Shown: piece after piece, positions 1 to 10,397 of the stretch
How positions within the stretch are numbered: the stretch's first letter is position 1
Layout of the letters: each line of letters opens with the position of its first letter
Origin: a virus
DNA: 39,148 bases
Reading direction: 5' to 3' (one strand)
UHGV virus genome: UHGV-1485161
Made by a program: the position numbers and the translations under genes
The notes under the pieces: generated by a model
What the model was told of the DNA's origin: nothing
The model's input: the letters and a program-made list of their open reading frames with translations, nothing else
Database searches by the model: none

Positions 1-789
1 GGTCTTCGCTGCGTCTGGCTGGACTTTGCGTAGTTTCGCTGGTTTTTGCAGCTTTTTGACTTGTTGGCTGATTGCAGTGGCAGAGAAGCCGCCGCACTTT
101 GCAGAACCAGCTGCGGCACTCTCGCTTTGGGCCGCTGCATCCTGGCTGTTTTTCGCCGCAGTTTCACTGGCTTTGGCATTCGTTTCGCTGGTTTTCGCTG
201 CCGTCTGGCTGGACTTTGCGTTGGTTTCGCTCGTCTTTGCGGCTGTCTCGCTATTTTTCGCGTTGGTTTCTGATTTTTTGGCTGCTGTCGCGGAGTTTGC
301 CGATGCAGTCTTTGAGGTCGCTGCCGCCTGTGCACTATTAGCTGCATTCGTTTCTGAGGTTTTCGCCGCGTTCTTCGATGATGCCGCTGCAGTTTCGGAT
401 TTCTTTGCCGCCGCTGCGCTCTGAGAGGCGGCTTCGGCGTTGCGTGCCGCTTCTTCCACCATTGCCTGAAAACGGCGCAATGCCTCCGGCATGACATCAT
501 CTTCCGTCATGGCACCGAGAAAATCATTCAGCGTCCCCGGACTGGAACCTTCATAGACGGTAATGGTCCCAACATGTGATGGCTGAGAACCCTCAATCCA
601 CAGGATGACGCTGTACTGACCATACTCAACGTCCATGCTGTAACGCCCGGCTTCATCCGGATTTTCAGAGGCCACCGTGTTCACCAGTACCGTGGTGCTG
701 TTACGCTTTGCCTTCAGTTGAATAGTGCAGTTCTGTATTGGTTTTCCCGCACCATCTTTCAGCACACCTGAGATTTTTACTGCTGCCAT
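1..789 (-). CDS. stf: side tail fibre protein Stf-like, N-terminal part (gene runs off the window start)
   Basis: Minus-strand ATG near 789 just after the lom terminator. Translation MAAVKISGVLKDGAGKPIQNCTIQLKAKRNSTTVLVNTVASENPDEAGRYSMDVEYGQYSV matches the lambda Stf N-terminus from memory, followed by Ala/Ser/Thr-rich repeats. No in-frame stop before the window edge. Confidence 0.6.
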   Translation of the reverse strand, partial: MAAVKISGVLKDGAGKPIQNCTIQLKAKRNSTTVLVNTVASENPDEAGRYSMDVEYGQYSVILWIEGSQPSHVGTITVYEGSSPGTLNDFLGAMTEDDVMPEALRRFQAMVEEAARNAEAASQSAAAAKKSETAAASSKNAAKTSETNAANSAQAAATSKTASANSATAAKKSETNAKNSETAAKTSETNAKSSQTAAKTSETNAKASETAAKNSQDAAAQSESAAAGSAKCGGFSATAISQQVKKLQKPAKLRKVQPDAAKT

Positions 790-800
790 ATCCACTCCAC

Positions 801-826
801 AAAAAAGCCCGCCTGAACCGGCGGGC
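801..826 (-). terminator. putative intrinsic terminator between lom and stf
   Basis: GC-rich hairpin GCCCGCC-N5-GGCGGGC followed by a T6 run on the minus strand. Confidence 0.4.
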
Positions 827-853
827 TGTCATAACACTGTGTTACCTGGCTAA

Positions 854-1453
854 TCAGAACTTATAACCGACACCCACGATGAAACCGTCAGTGCGCCAGT
901 CGCCACTGCCGGAGCCTTCATAAGCAATATCAATGGCCACGGATTCGGTCGGGTTAAACTGCACGCCAGCTCCCCACGCCAGAGACGTGTTGCTGTGGCG
1001 ACCGTCATCACTTCCGGTCAGCACATCGTGCGTTTTCCCCTTGCTGTCAGTTACGCGGAGATAAGCCCCGGAAAAAGTCGAAACACGGCTGTAAGCCACA
1101 CCTGCCATCGCATAAGCACTGAACCATTCATTCACGCGTACAGACGGCCCCGCCATCATGCTGAACCAGCGGTTACGCACTGAATCTTCATGCCAGCGGG
1201 TATCGCTGTAATGCGTTTTTTGCTCATCTTTGGCATTGGCATAACTGAATGACGTCACCAGCCCCAGCGTGTCCGTAAATTCATAACGGTATTTCACGTT
1301 AATGCCCTTCAGGTCATCGTTGCCGGGCATATCTGTATGGGTCTGAAGATACCCGGCGCTTAGTGTGGACTGATGCTCTGCTGCGCTCGCTGGCGTACCA
1401 GCGGCGACCAGCCAGACTACTGTGGACAGAATAACAGCACATAATTTACGCAT
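854..1453 (-). CDS. lom: outer-membrane beta-barrel protein, Ail/Lom family
   Basis: Track ORF of 199 aa with signal peptide and C-terminus IAYEGSGSGDWRTDGFIVGVGYKF identical to the lambda Lom C-terminus; the N-terminal two thirds are diverged. Position downstream of J as in lambda. Confidence 0.85.
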   Translation of the reverse strand: MRKLCAVILSTVVWLVAAGTPASAAEHQSTLSAGYLQTHTDMPGNDDLKGINVKYRYEFTDTLGLVTSFSYANAKDEQKTHYSDTRWHEDSVRNRWFSMMAGPSVRVNEWFSAYAMAGVAYSRVSTFSGAYLRVTDSKGKTHDVLTGSDDGRHSNTSLAWGAGVQFNPTESVAIDIAYEGSGSGDWRTDGFIVGVGYKF

Positions 1454-1475
1454 AATTACCTCTCGCTTTTCTGCA

Positions 1476-1501
1476 ATAAAAAAGGCGCCATTTCTGGCGC
1501 C
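1476..1501 (-). terminator. putative intrinsic terminator downstream of J
   Basis: GGCGCC-N6-GGCGCC hairpin followed by a T6 run on the minus strand. Confidence 0.4.
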
Positions 1502-1599
1502 CGTATCTGGGTTATAAAATTCAGCTAATCGTGATGCCTGCAGTGGCTTTCTTCATCACCACAACCAGCAAATCGCTGATACTTGCTGTGGGATACCAG

Positions 1600-4500
1600 T
1601 TATTTACCAGCCATGCTGACACCGGAAAACTCCAGTGTCATGTGACCGTGACCGGCAGGCATATCAATAACACCACTGTAAATCAGCGTATTATCCAGCG
1701 CGGTACGGTTATAAATTTCAGCACCGTTTTTCCGCACTATCAGACGGCATGAGGAGTAAATATCAGTATGCTCTTTCTCATGTTTAGCGCCGCTGAATGC
1801 CACCGCCGGAATAACAATCTGCCGGTCAAACGGCTGATCGTCATAAACCCTGACGGTAATGGTTCCTGATGGCCACCGCTCCGGTGCACGGGAGTCCCGG
1901 GGGAAAGCTTTGCCCACTGTTTTAACGAGATCGCCTTCAATCTGGTTCGCGGACAATTTTCCCAGAACCCGACAGTTCTCGTTAATCGTGACGTTGTTGA
2001 GCGTCCCGGAGTTCGCATTCACGTTACCGCTGATATCGGCATTTTTCGCCGTCAGCCGCCCGTCCGGTGTCAGGGAAAATGCCGGAGGATTACCGCCGCT
2101 GGTAATGGTGGGAGCCGTCAGATATTTCAGGAACACTTCATTCATAAATATCTGATCGCCCTGACCAACAAACATCGGCTTTGTGTTGCCATTCGCAGGA
2201 TTAATCATCGCAATCCTGTCTGCCGCCAGCAGCACCTGACTCTGCATTCCTGCTGGCGTATTCTCAATACCGGCACCGATACCCGCAATATAAAGGCGTC
2301 CGTCCTGCATCTGCTGCAGTTTCACGGCCCACATGCTGTTCAGGTTATTATTTGTATCAACCTGAACTTTCTGTATCTGCTGGATTGCCGCACTCTGATT
2401 TTCCAGTTTTTTATTGACGGTCTGTGTGATTTCATTGCTGACATCCGTAATGGATGTCCTGATTTCAGCCAGGTCAGGCGCAAGCTGACCGTTATCAATC
2501 TGCGTCCACAGCTCCTGAGCCAGATGGGTTTTCCCTATCTCGCCTTTGAAAAAATCCAGATAGCCGGATGCGTCATCACTCGGCTGACCAACAGCCTCCA
2601 CGAATGCCGATTTGCCAACGGTGTTCACACTGCGAACGTAAAAATAATAATTATGGCCCGGTTTGATATTGATACTGGCGGCTATCCAGTACAGCGCCGT
2701 ACCAAGATAGCGTGCTGTGGTTTCAACCTGCCTGATATCCGCAATCCGCTTTTCCGAGAACCAGAACTCAAACTGTACCGTCGGATCATAAACCGCAAGA
2801 TGCGGCGTGGCGGTTATCTGAAAATAGCCCGGCGTCAGCTCAATCCGCGACGGCGCTGCCGGTGCGGCAATCCGGAACGATACCGACGCCGGATCGCCCT
2901 GCTGCCCCCACGCATTTACTGCCCGGACTGTCAGCCTGTAGTTCCCCAGAGCCAGTTGTGTGAAGCGGTAAGTGGTTTCCGTCGTCCGGGCCGTGCTGAC
3001 CAGCCGCTCACTGCCGTCATCCGCTGCCACGGTCAGGCGAAGCAGGAAGCTCACGCCCTTCACCACCTTCGGCGTGTCCCAGCGGGCCAGCACCTGGTAT
3101 TCCCCGCTGTCTGCGGTGACTTCTGCGGTCAGATGCTGCACTGCTGGCGGCGTGACACCATTCACCGTGCCGCTCTGGTCGCCGTCAAAGTGCGCCCCGT
3201 TATCCACGATGGCCTCTTTTTCCGGCACATGCTGCACGGCGGTGATGGCATACGTGCCGTCGTCGTTCTCACGGATACTCACGCAGCGGAACAGTCGCTG
3301 GCGCAGCGTCGGCAGCTTCAGCCCCCATACGCTGTATTCAGCAACACCGTCAGGAACACGGCTCACTTTTACCTTCACGCCGTCGGTGACGGACTGAACC
3401 TCCACGCTGACCGGATTGCCACTTCCGTCAACCAGGCTTATCAGCGTGGTGCCGGAGGATGGCAGCGTGATTTCACGGTCGAGCGTCAGCGTCCGGGTCT
3501 GGCTGTTTACCGCCAGCACGCGCCCACCGGTGCTGATACCGGCATAGTCATCATCGCAGATTTCAATGACATCGCCCGGTACATGGCGAAGCCCTTCAGC
3601 ACCCACGCTGAAGTCCACGGTCTGCGTTTCCAGCAGCTCCGTTTTAATCAGCCACAGCCCGGCGCGGTGTGCCTGCCCCCGACTGGTACAGCCAAAGGCA
3701 TCCATCTTCGTGACGTTACGACCGTAACGGGCAATGGCCTGCGTATCCTCCACGAGCTCTGTCGCCGTCTCCCAGCCGTTGTTCGGGTCAATCCAGTTCA
3801 CCTCAACGGCATTATGGCGGTCCTTCAGGGCGCTGAAGCTGTAGCGGAACGGCGCGCCATCATCCGGCATCACCACATTACTGCGGTTATAGGTCCACAC
3901 CTTATCCGACGGTCGGTCCTGCACGAACGTCAGCGTCTGCCCGTTCCATACCGGCATACAGCGCATCGCAGAGCAGAAATCACTGAGCACATCCCACGCC
4001 TTACGCTGTGTGGTCAGGTAGGCATTACAGGTGATGCGCGGCTCCGTGCCACCAAAGCCATCCGGCACTGACTGATCGCAATACTGGCCGATGACATACA
4101 GCGCCCATTTGTCCACATCCGCCGCACCAAGACGTTTCCCCATGCCGTAGCGCGGATGGGTCAGCATATCCCACAGACACCAGGCCATGTTGTTGCTGTA
4201 TGCTGGCTTAAACGTTCCGTCCCAGATACCGCTGTATTGCCGCGTCTGCGGGTTATAGTTCGACGGCACCTGCAGAATGCGCCCGCGCAGATGATAATTA
4301 CGGCTCACCTGCTGGCTGCCGAACTGCTCCGAATCCACCTGCACGCCGACCAGTGCCGTGTTCGGGTAGCACTGTTTCACATCGATGATTTCGGTGTATG
4401 ACGACCAGAGCGTTTTGTTCTGCAGCTGGTCTGTGGTGCTGTCCGGCGTCATCCTGCGCATCCGTATATTGAACGGGCGCGGCGGCAGGTTACCCACCAC

Positions 4501-5001
4501 CACCGAGGCCAGATACTGCGAGGTGGTTTTGCCCTTAATGGTGATGTCTTTTTCCGTCACCCAGCCACCATTACGCTGTATCTGAACCAGCAGACGGACT
4601 TCCGACGGATTCCTGTCACCCTTTGAGGTGGTTTCCACCAGTGCCTGTACACCGAAGGTAAAGCGCAGACGGTCGATGTTTGCAGACGTAATGGTGCGGG
4701 TGATCGGCGTGTCATATTTCACTTCCGTACCCAGCACCGTCTCGGAGCCGGAGGATTCAAACCCCTCCGGCGGTGTCTGCTCCTGCTCACCGGCACGGAA
4801 CACCACCGTGACACCGGCGATATTGGTATTCCCTTCACTGTCCAGCACCGGCGTACTGTTCAGCAGCACGCTTTTTAATCCATCCACCGGACCTTCAACC
4901 GGCCCTTCGCTGATGGCATCGATCACACTCAGCAACTGCGTGGACTTCAGGTTGTCCTTCGCTTCGCGCGGGGTATGCCCCTTACTGCTTCCTTTACCCA
5001 T
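1600..5001 (-). CDS. J: tail tip/central fibre protein J (host specificity)
   Basis: Track ORF of 1133 aa. N-terminal about 800 aa nearly identical to lambda J from memory ([24 protein letters not shown]...); the C-terminal third is diverged. Confidence 0.95.
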   Translation of the reverse strand: MGKGSSKGHTPREAKDNLKSTQLLSVIDAISEGPVEGPVDGLKSVLLNSTPVLDSEGNTNIAGVTVVFRAGEQEQTPPEGFESSGSETVLGTEVKYDTPITRTITSANIDRLRFTFGVQALVETTSKGDRNPSEVRLLVQIQRNGGWVTEKDITIKGKTTSQYLASVVVGNLPPRPFNIRMRRMTPDSTTDQLQNKTLWSSYTEIIDVKQCYPNTALVGVQVDSEQFGSQQVSRNYHLRGRILQVPSNYNPQTRQYSGIWDGTFKPAYSNNMAWCLWDMLTHPRYGMGKRLGAADVDKWALYVIGQYCDQSVPDGFGGTEPRITCNAYLTTQRKAWDVLSDFCSAMRCMPVWNGQTLTFVQDRPSDKVWTYNRSNVVMPDDGAPFRYSFSALKDRHNAVEVNWIDPNNGWETATELVEDTQAIARYGRNVTKMDAFGCTSRGQAHRAGLWLIKTELLETQTVDFSVGAEGLRHVPGDVIEICDDDYAGISTGGRVLAVNSQTRTLTLDREITLPSSGTTLISLVDGSGNPVSVEVQSVTDGVKVKVSRVPDGVAEYSVWGLKLPTLRQRLFRCVSIRENDDGTYAITAVQHVPEKEAIVDNGAHFDGDQSGTVNGVTPPAVQHLTAEVTADSGEYQVLARWDTPKVVKGVSFLLRLTVAADDGSERLVSTARTTETTYRFTQLALGNYRLTVRAVNAWGQQGDPASVSFRIAAPAAPSRIELTPGYFQITATPHLAVYDPTVQFEFWFSEKRIADIRQVETTARYLGTALYWIAASINIKPGHNYYFYVRSVNTVGKSAFVEAVGQPSDDASGYLDFFKGEIGKTHLAQELWTQIDNGQLAPDLAEIRTSITDVSNEITQTVNKKLENQSAAIQQIQKVQVDTNNNLNSMWAVKLQQMQDGRLYIAGIGAGIENTPAGMQSQVLLAADRIAMINPANGNTKPMFVGQGDQIFMNEVFLKYLTAPTITSGGNPPAFSLTPDGRLTAKNADISGNVNANSGTLNNVTINENCRVLGKLSANQIEGDLVKTVGKAFPRDSRAPERWPSGTITVRVYDDQPFDRQIVIPAVAFSGAKHEKEHTDIYSSCRLIVRKNGAEIYNRTALDNTLIYSGVIDMPAGHGHMTLEFSGVSMAGK

Positions 5002-5061
5002 TCCTCACGCTCCATAAATGACAAAACCGCCCGCAGGCGGTTTCACATAAAACATTTTGCA

Positions 5062-5734
5062 TCAGCGACCAATCACCACAACCTGACCACCGTCCCCTTC
5101 GTCTGCCGTGCTGATCTCCTGAGAAACCACGCGTGACCCCACGCGCATTTCCCCGTACAGAACAGGCAGAACATTGCCCTGGGCAACCATGTTATCCAGT
5201 GAGGAGAAATAGGTGTTCTGCTTACCGTTATCCGTTGTCTGTGTACGGGGAGTTCTGGCTTTCGGTGCCAGCATCTGCGCCACACCACCGAGCACCATAC
5301 TGGCACCGAGAGAAAAACAGGATGCCGGTCATACCACCGGCCCCAATGGCTGCCCCCCATGCTGCAAGGGTGGCTCCGGCGGTAAAGAATGATCCGGCAA
5401 TGGCGGCAGCCCCCAGGACAATCTGGAATACGCCACCTGACTTGGCCCCGGCGACTCTGGGAACAATATGAATCACAGCGCCATCAGGCAGAGTCTCATG
5501 TAACTGCGCCGTTAACCCGGACGTGCTGACGTCCCGCCCGGCAATCCGTACCTGATACCAGCCGTCGCTCAGTTTCTGACGAAACGCCGGGAGCTGTGTG
5601 GCCAGTGCCCGGATGGCTTCAGCCCCCGTTTTCACACGAAGGTCGATGCGGCGACCAAATCGTTGTAAATCCCCGTAAAGGCAGATGCGCGCCATGCCCG
5701 GTGACGCCAGAGGGAGTGTGTGCGTCGCTGCCAT
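5062..5734 (-). pseudogene. I: tail assembly protein I, disrupted by a +1 nt frameshift (or assembly error)
   Basis: Track ORFs 5228..5734 (MAATHTLPLASPGMARICLYGDL...) and 5062..5298 (MVLGGVAQMLAPKARTP...) are the N- and C-terminal parts of lambda I in different frames. The span is 673 nt against 672 expected; the break is at an A-run near 5312-5316. Confidence 0.85.
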
Positions 5735-6231
5735 TTGTCGGTGTACCTCTCTCGTTTGCTCAGTTGTTCAGGAATATGGTGCAGCAGCTCACCGTCGCCG
5801 CAGTAAATTGCGGCGTGATTCGGCACTGATGAACCAAAACAGCACAGCAGCACATCGCCCGGCTGTGCCGCTGACAACGGCACCTGATACAGCCCCGTCG
5901 CCTCCAGATTATCCAGATAGAGATTCTGGCCGTTACGCCACCAGTCATCCTCACGATGAAAGTCCGGCATCTCAATCCCCGCCAGATGATAAGCATCCCG
6001 GAACAGTGTGTAACAGTCCGTCACACCGTGCTCAAAGCGCCGCCCGGTGAGATGCGGCACACAGCGGAATTTATGAATCTCACCCCGGCAGACCAGCCAC
6101 CACGGCAAATCACTCTGCACCTGCAGCCGCCGGTCGGCCTCACTCAGCCAGGGCAGACCACCGGGGTGGCTGTGGACCAGCGCCACAATCTCACCCTGCA
6201 TCTCTGCCCGCAGCCAGTCCTCCGGCGACAT
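5632..6231 (-). CDS. K: tail tip assembly protein K (MPN/JAMM HSHPGG motif plus NlpC/P60-like region)
   Basis: Lambda-colinear: 600 nt, 103-nt overlap with I and 148-nt gap to L as in lambda. The reading frame stays open upstream to 6450 (track ORF of 272 aa) and the true start may be further upstream at 6375. Confidence 0.8.
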   Translation of the reverse strand: MSPEDWLRAEMQGEIVALVHSHPGGLPWLSEADRRLQVQSDLPWWLVCRGEIHKFRCVPHLTGRRFEHGVTDCYTLFRDAYHLAGIEMPDFHREDDWWRNGQNLYLDNLEATGLYQVPLSAAQPGDVLLCCFGSSVPNHAAIYCGDGELLHHIPEQLSKRERYTDKWQRRTHSLWRHRAWRASAFTGIYNDLVAASTFV

Positions 6232-6379
6232 CTGGAAATACTCCTCCGGCTCACCGGAGATATTCACGCAGGGAAAATATCTTTCCCCCTCCGGCGTTCT
6301 CACCACGAAGCCGCACGACTCCGCTGGCGCACATCGCCGGGCGTGCGCCAGAATCGCTGATTCTGTCTGTGTCATGGGA

Positions 6380-7077
6380 TTACTGCGAAAGTTTGTTAAT
6401 GGAAAGGAAGCCGCCAAAGTTGCCGACGTTATTGCGAAACTTACAACCACTCAGGCATTTGCTGCATTTATCCTTCGTGATATCGGACGTCGGCTGGTCA
6501 TATTCATCCGCGACAGCCGGACCGTGATAACCGCACTCATCACCGCGATAGGTCCAGGTGCAGGTATTAGCCAGCATGATGCGCCCCGGAAAAACAGCAC
6601 CGTCCGTTTCCGTCGGCGTGGACAGTACAAAAGAGGCACTGACCGCGCTCAGTTCGCTGCACTGCTCGATGCGCCAGCGGCTGATCACCTCCTGCTCCGG
6701 ATCGGCGTCACTGTTTCCGTTGACGAAGTTCACCGCATCCAGAAAACGGGCGTAAACCTTACGCCGGACCACCGTTCCGCCGACCAGACTCTGCATATCT
6801 TCCGCCATCCCGGTGACCATACCGTACAGGTTAGAAACCGTCAGCGTGGGGCGCGTACTGGTGCCTTTGCCATTCAGTTCAAAACCGCTCCCCTGAATGG
6901 GATACGGCTGATACTGTCGCCCCTGCCAGGTGACCGGCTCACCTTTTTCGTTCTGCTCATTACAGAAAAATAACGTTCTCCACCGACCTCTGTCAGGTCG
7001 ATTTCCCAGAGCACCACGCTGGCCGACTGCTCCGCACGGGTGCATTCATTCAGTGTTTCCTGCCGGATATCCTGCAT
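6380..7077 (-). pseudogene. L: tail tip assembly protein L, disrupted by a -1 nt frameshift (or assembly error)
   Basis: Track ORF 6874..7077 starts MQDIRQETLNECTRAEQSASVVLWEIDLTEVGGERYF (lambda L N-terminus) and ORF 6380..7045 carries the rest including the Cys cluster. The span is 698 nt against 699 expected; the break is at an A-run near 6964-6968. Confidence 0.85.
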
Positions 7078-7406
7078 CAGTTCACCACCTGTTCAAACTC
7101 TGCGCTGAACTCAACACGCAGCATACTGACCCGCGACGACCATTTTGCGCAGGTCACCTTTATCTGCCGCCACTCATAAGGCGGCGTCCACAGAAAGGAT
7201 TTCCAGCCCCCGTGCTCTTCCAGAAACGACTCCAGTACCGTGGCCTCCTCACGGGAGACAGAAAGCGTCACGCTGTACGTTTTCAGGTTGGCATTCAGCC
7301 CGGCAGGCGCTCGCTGAGAATAGCCATCACCAAAGCGCACCTTTCTTACAGAAGGGACCGAAGCCACATCCATACCGGGTTTCACTTTCCAGCGGAAGGT
7401 CTTCAT
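7077..7406 (-). CDS. M: tail tip assembly protein M
   Basis: Track ORF of 109 aa, same length and position as lambda M, overlapping the H stop and L start. Confidence 0.9.
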   Translation of the reverse strand: MKTFRWKVKPGMDVASVPSVRKVRFGDGYSQRAPAGLNANLKTYSVTLSVSREEATVLESFLEEHGGWKSFLWTPPYEWRQIKVTCAKWSSRVSMLRVEFSAEFEQVVN

Positions 7407-9964
7407 CGTCCACCTCCGGAGAACAGGCCACCATCACGCATCTGTGTCTGAATTTCATCACGGGCACCCTTGCGGGCCATGTCATACACCGCCTTCAGAG
7501 CAGCCGGACCTATCTGCCCGTTCGTGCCGTCGTTGTTAATCACCACATGGTTATTCTGCTCAAACGTCCCGGACGCCTGCGACCGGCTGTCTGCCATGCT
7601 GCCCGGTGTACCGACATAACCGCCGGTGGCATAGCCGCGCATCAACCGGTAGAGATTTCCCACGCCAATCCGGCTGGTTGCCTCCTTCGTGAAGACAAAC
7701 TCACCACGGTGAACAATCCCCGCTGGCTCATATTTGCCGCCGGTTCCCGTAAATCCTCCGGTTGCAAAATGGAATTTCGCCGCAGCGGCCTGAATGGCTG
7801 TACCGCCTGACGCGGATGCGCCGCCACCAACAGCCCCGCCAATGGCGCTGCCGATACTCCCGACAATCCCCACCATTGCCTGCTTAAGCAGAATTTCTGT
7901 CATCATGGACAGCACGGAACGGGTGAATCCCCGCCAGTTCTGTTCGCTGCCGGTCAGCATCGCTGCCATATTCTGTGCAATACCGTCAAAGGTCTGCGTG
8001 GCTGCACTTTTAACCTGCGACATACTGTCCGTGGCGCTCTCTTCCCACTCACTCCAGCCGGACTTGAGGCCTGCCATCCAGCTCCCGCGAAGCTGGTCTT
8101 CAGCCGCCCAGGTCTTTTTCTGCTCTGACATGACGTTATTCAGCGCCAGCGAATTATCGCCATACTGTTCCTTCAGGCGCTGTTCTGTGGCTTCCCGCGC
8201 TGCCTGCCGGTCAGTCAGCCCCCGGTTTTTCGCCTCAATGGCTGCCCGTTTTGCCCGTTGTTGCTGTGCGAACTTATCCGCCTGCTGCGCCAGCGCATTC
8301 AGGTGCTCCTGATACGTGACCTTATCGCCAAGTACAGCCAGCTGGCGTTTGTACTCCAGCGTCTCATCTTTATGCGCCAGCAGGGATTTCTCCTGTGCGG
8401 ATAGCTGGCGACGTTGTGCCGCCTCCTCCAGTACCGCGAACTGATTTTCCGCCTTCCACAAATCCCGGCGCTGCTGGCTGATTTTCTCATTCGCTCCGGC
8501 ATGCTTCTCCAGCGTCCGGAGTTCTGCCTGAAGCGTCAGCAGGGCAGCATGAGCACTGTCTTCCTGACGCTCTCCCGCAGACACCTTCACGCCGGACTGC
8601 TTCGGCTTTTTCAGCGTCGCTTCATAATCCTTTTTCGCCGCCGCCATCAGCGTGTTGTAATCTGCCTGCAGGATTTTCCCGTCTTTCAGTGCCTTGTTCA
8701 GTTCTTCCTGACGGGCGGTATATTTCTCCAGCGGTGTCTGCAGCCGTTCGTAAGCCTTCTGCGCCTCTTCGGTATATTTCAGCCGTGACGCTTCGGTATC
8801 GCTCTGCTGCTGCGCATTTTTGTCCTGTTGACTCTGCTGTTCAGCCTTCTTTCGGGCGGCTTTAAGCGCAAGACGGGCCTTTTCACGGTCATCCCAGTAA
8901 CGCGCCCGCGCTTCATCGTTAACAAAATAATCATCCTTGCGCAGATTCCAGATGTCGTCCGCTTTCTTAAACGCAGCCTCTGCCTTAATCAGCATCTCCT
9001 GAGCGGTATCAGGACGACCAATATCCAGCACCGCATCCCACATGGATTTGAATGCCCGTGCTGTCCTGTCTGCCCAGGTTTCCAGCGTGCCCATGTTCTC
9101 TTTCAGGCGTCGGGTCTGGTCATCAAACCCTTTCGTTGCGGCCTCGTTCGCCGCCTGCAATGCCCCGGCTTCATCGCCGGAACGCTGCAACTGAGCAACA
9201 TACGCAATCTGCTCCGCCGTCACGTTATGGAACTGGCGCGCCATCGCCGTCAGCCCCGACGTCGGGTCAGTGGTCAGCTTCCCGAAGGCTTCAGCGACCT
9301 TGTCCACCTCCACGCCGGATGCAGAAGAGAAACGCGCCACACTCTGGCTGATGGACGCAATCTGAGCCTCACCGCTTACCCCCGCCTTAACCAGTGCGCT
9401 GAGTGACTCGCTGGTCTGGTTAAACGTCAGCCCTGCCGCCTGCCCGGCTCTGGACAGGACCAGCATACGATCTGCCGTCAGCCCCGACTGATTGCCGGAA
9501 AGGACCAGCGTTTTGTTGAAATCGGACAGGGTTGAGTTGCCCTGATACCAGGCATACGCCAGCGCACCGGTCGCCACCGCCAGCGAGGTGGCCCCGACCA
9601 TCGGCAGGGTGATCGCACCGGCAAGCCCCCGGAACATGGGGATCATCCCGCCGAAGGAGTCCTTCACCTGACCCCCCTGTTGCAGCAGGATCAGCCACGG
9701 ACTTTGCCCGCCTGCAAGCTGCGTGGCCACGTCGGTGAACTGTGCAGGCAGCATACGCATGGCGGCTTTATACTGCCCGACGGAAATCCCCGCTTTCTGT
9801 GCAGCCAGCGCCTGCCGGTTCATCGACTGTTCAACGACTGCCGCTGTTTTTTTCGCATCACTTTCCGTACCGGAAAAATGACGCCTGACTCTGGCCATCT
9901 GCTCGTCAAATCTGGCCGCATCCAGACTTAAATCAACGACCAGATCGCCTACCGGTTCAGCCAT
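7403..9964 (-). CDS. H: tail tape measure protein H
   Basis: Track ORF of 853 aa, same length as lambda H, coiled-coil rich with a Gly-rich C-terminal region. Confidence 0.95.
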   Translation of the reverse strand: MAEPVGDLVVDLSLDAARFDEQMARVRRHFSGTESDAKKTAAVVEQSMNRQALAAQKAGISVGQYKAAMRMLPAQFTDVATQLAGGQSPWLILLQQGGQVKDSFGGMIPMFRGLAGAITLPMVGATSLAVATGALAYAWYQGNSTLSDFNKTLVLSGNQSGLTADRMLVLSRAGQAAGLTFNQTSESLSALVKAGVSGEAQIASISQSVARFSSASGVEVDKVAEAFGKLTTDPTSGLTAMARQFHNVTAEQIAYVAQLQRSGDEAGALQAANEAATKGFDDQTRRLKENMGTLETWADRTARAFKSMWDAVLDIGRPDTAQEMLIKAEAAFKKADDIWNLRKDDYFVNDEARARYWDDREKARLALKAARKKAEQQSQQDKNAQQQSDTEASRLKYTEEAQKAYERLQTPLEKYTARQEELNKALKDGKILQADYNTLMAAAKKDYEATLKKPKQSGVKVSAGERQEDSAHAALLTLQAELRTLEKHAGANEKISQQRRDLWKAENQFAVLEEAAQRRQLSAQEKSLLAHKDETLEYKRQLAVLGDKVTYQEHLNALAQQADKFAQQQRAKRAAIEAKNRGLTDRQAAREATEQRLKEQYGDNSLALNNVMSEQKKTWAAEDQLRGSWMAGLKSGWSEWEESATDSMSQVKSAATQTFDGIAQNMAAMLTGSEQNWRGFTRSVLSMMTEILLKQAMVGIVGSIGSAIGGAVGGGASASGGTAIQAAAAKFHFATGGFTGTGGKYEPAGIVHRGEFVFTKEATSRIGVGNLYRLMRGYATGGYVGTPGSMADSRSQASGTFEQNNHVVINNDGTNGQIGPAALKAVYDMARKGARDEIQTQMRDGGLFSGGGR

Positions 9965-10397
9965 ACCGGACTCCTCCTGCGATCCCTTCTGATACTGTCA
10001 TCAGCATTACGTCATCCTCCGTCATGTCCGCTACATCCGGGGAAGCGGGGATAACTTCTTTCCCGTCCGGGCCAAAACGAACGCCTCCGGCAAGCCCTAC
10101 CGCTTTCTGCATCAGCACATCATCTTCAGGCTCTTCGTCAGCCTCACGCCGGTTAAGCAGACTGAAATCCAGCGGATGCATATCCGGATCGCTGAAAAAC
10201 AGGCTGAGCACGGTATATGTCAGCCCGGAAAAGTGCATATCCAGCAGAACATCATGAAAATATGGGTACTGTAAAAGCGGTGCCAGTCGGCATACTCCGT
10301 GGATGACATCCCGGCAAGCATGGCACGCCAGTCGGGTCGCCCCATCTCACGCGCCAGTTTCAGGGCAAAACTCAGCTCACCGTCGAACACTTTCCCG
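9957..10397 (-). CDS. T: tail assembly chaperone T region, expressed as a G-T fusion by -1 ribosomal frameshift; here carrying an additional 1-nt deletion
   Basis: The -1 frame after the slippery site encodes VFDGELSFALKLAREMGRPDWRAMLAGMSSTEYADWHRFYSTH (lambda T) and then stops. The lambda T C-terminus (MHFSGLTYTVLSLFFSDPD...RYG) is in the third frame as track ORF 9957..10238. G-end to T-end is 415 nt against 416 in lambda. Confidence 0.7.

Noticed and set aside
26-424. Three overlapping plus-strand track ORFs (132, 75 and 89 aa)
   Set aside because: They lie antisense to the stf repeat region; their low-complexity Ala/Leu/Phe-rich translations are a by-product of the repeats on the coding (minus) strand.
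2524-4071. 515-aa plus-strand ORF, and other long plus-strand ORFs at 8828..9406, 13440..14246, 14432..15133 and 18967..19848
   Set aside because: All are antisense to well-supported lambda-type genes (J, H, E, C, A). Long antisense ORFs are expected in GC-rich coding DNA and have Arg/Pro/Gly-rich unstructured translations.
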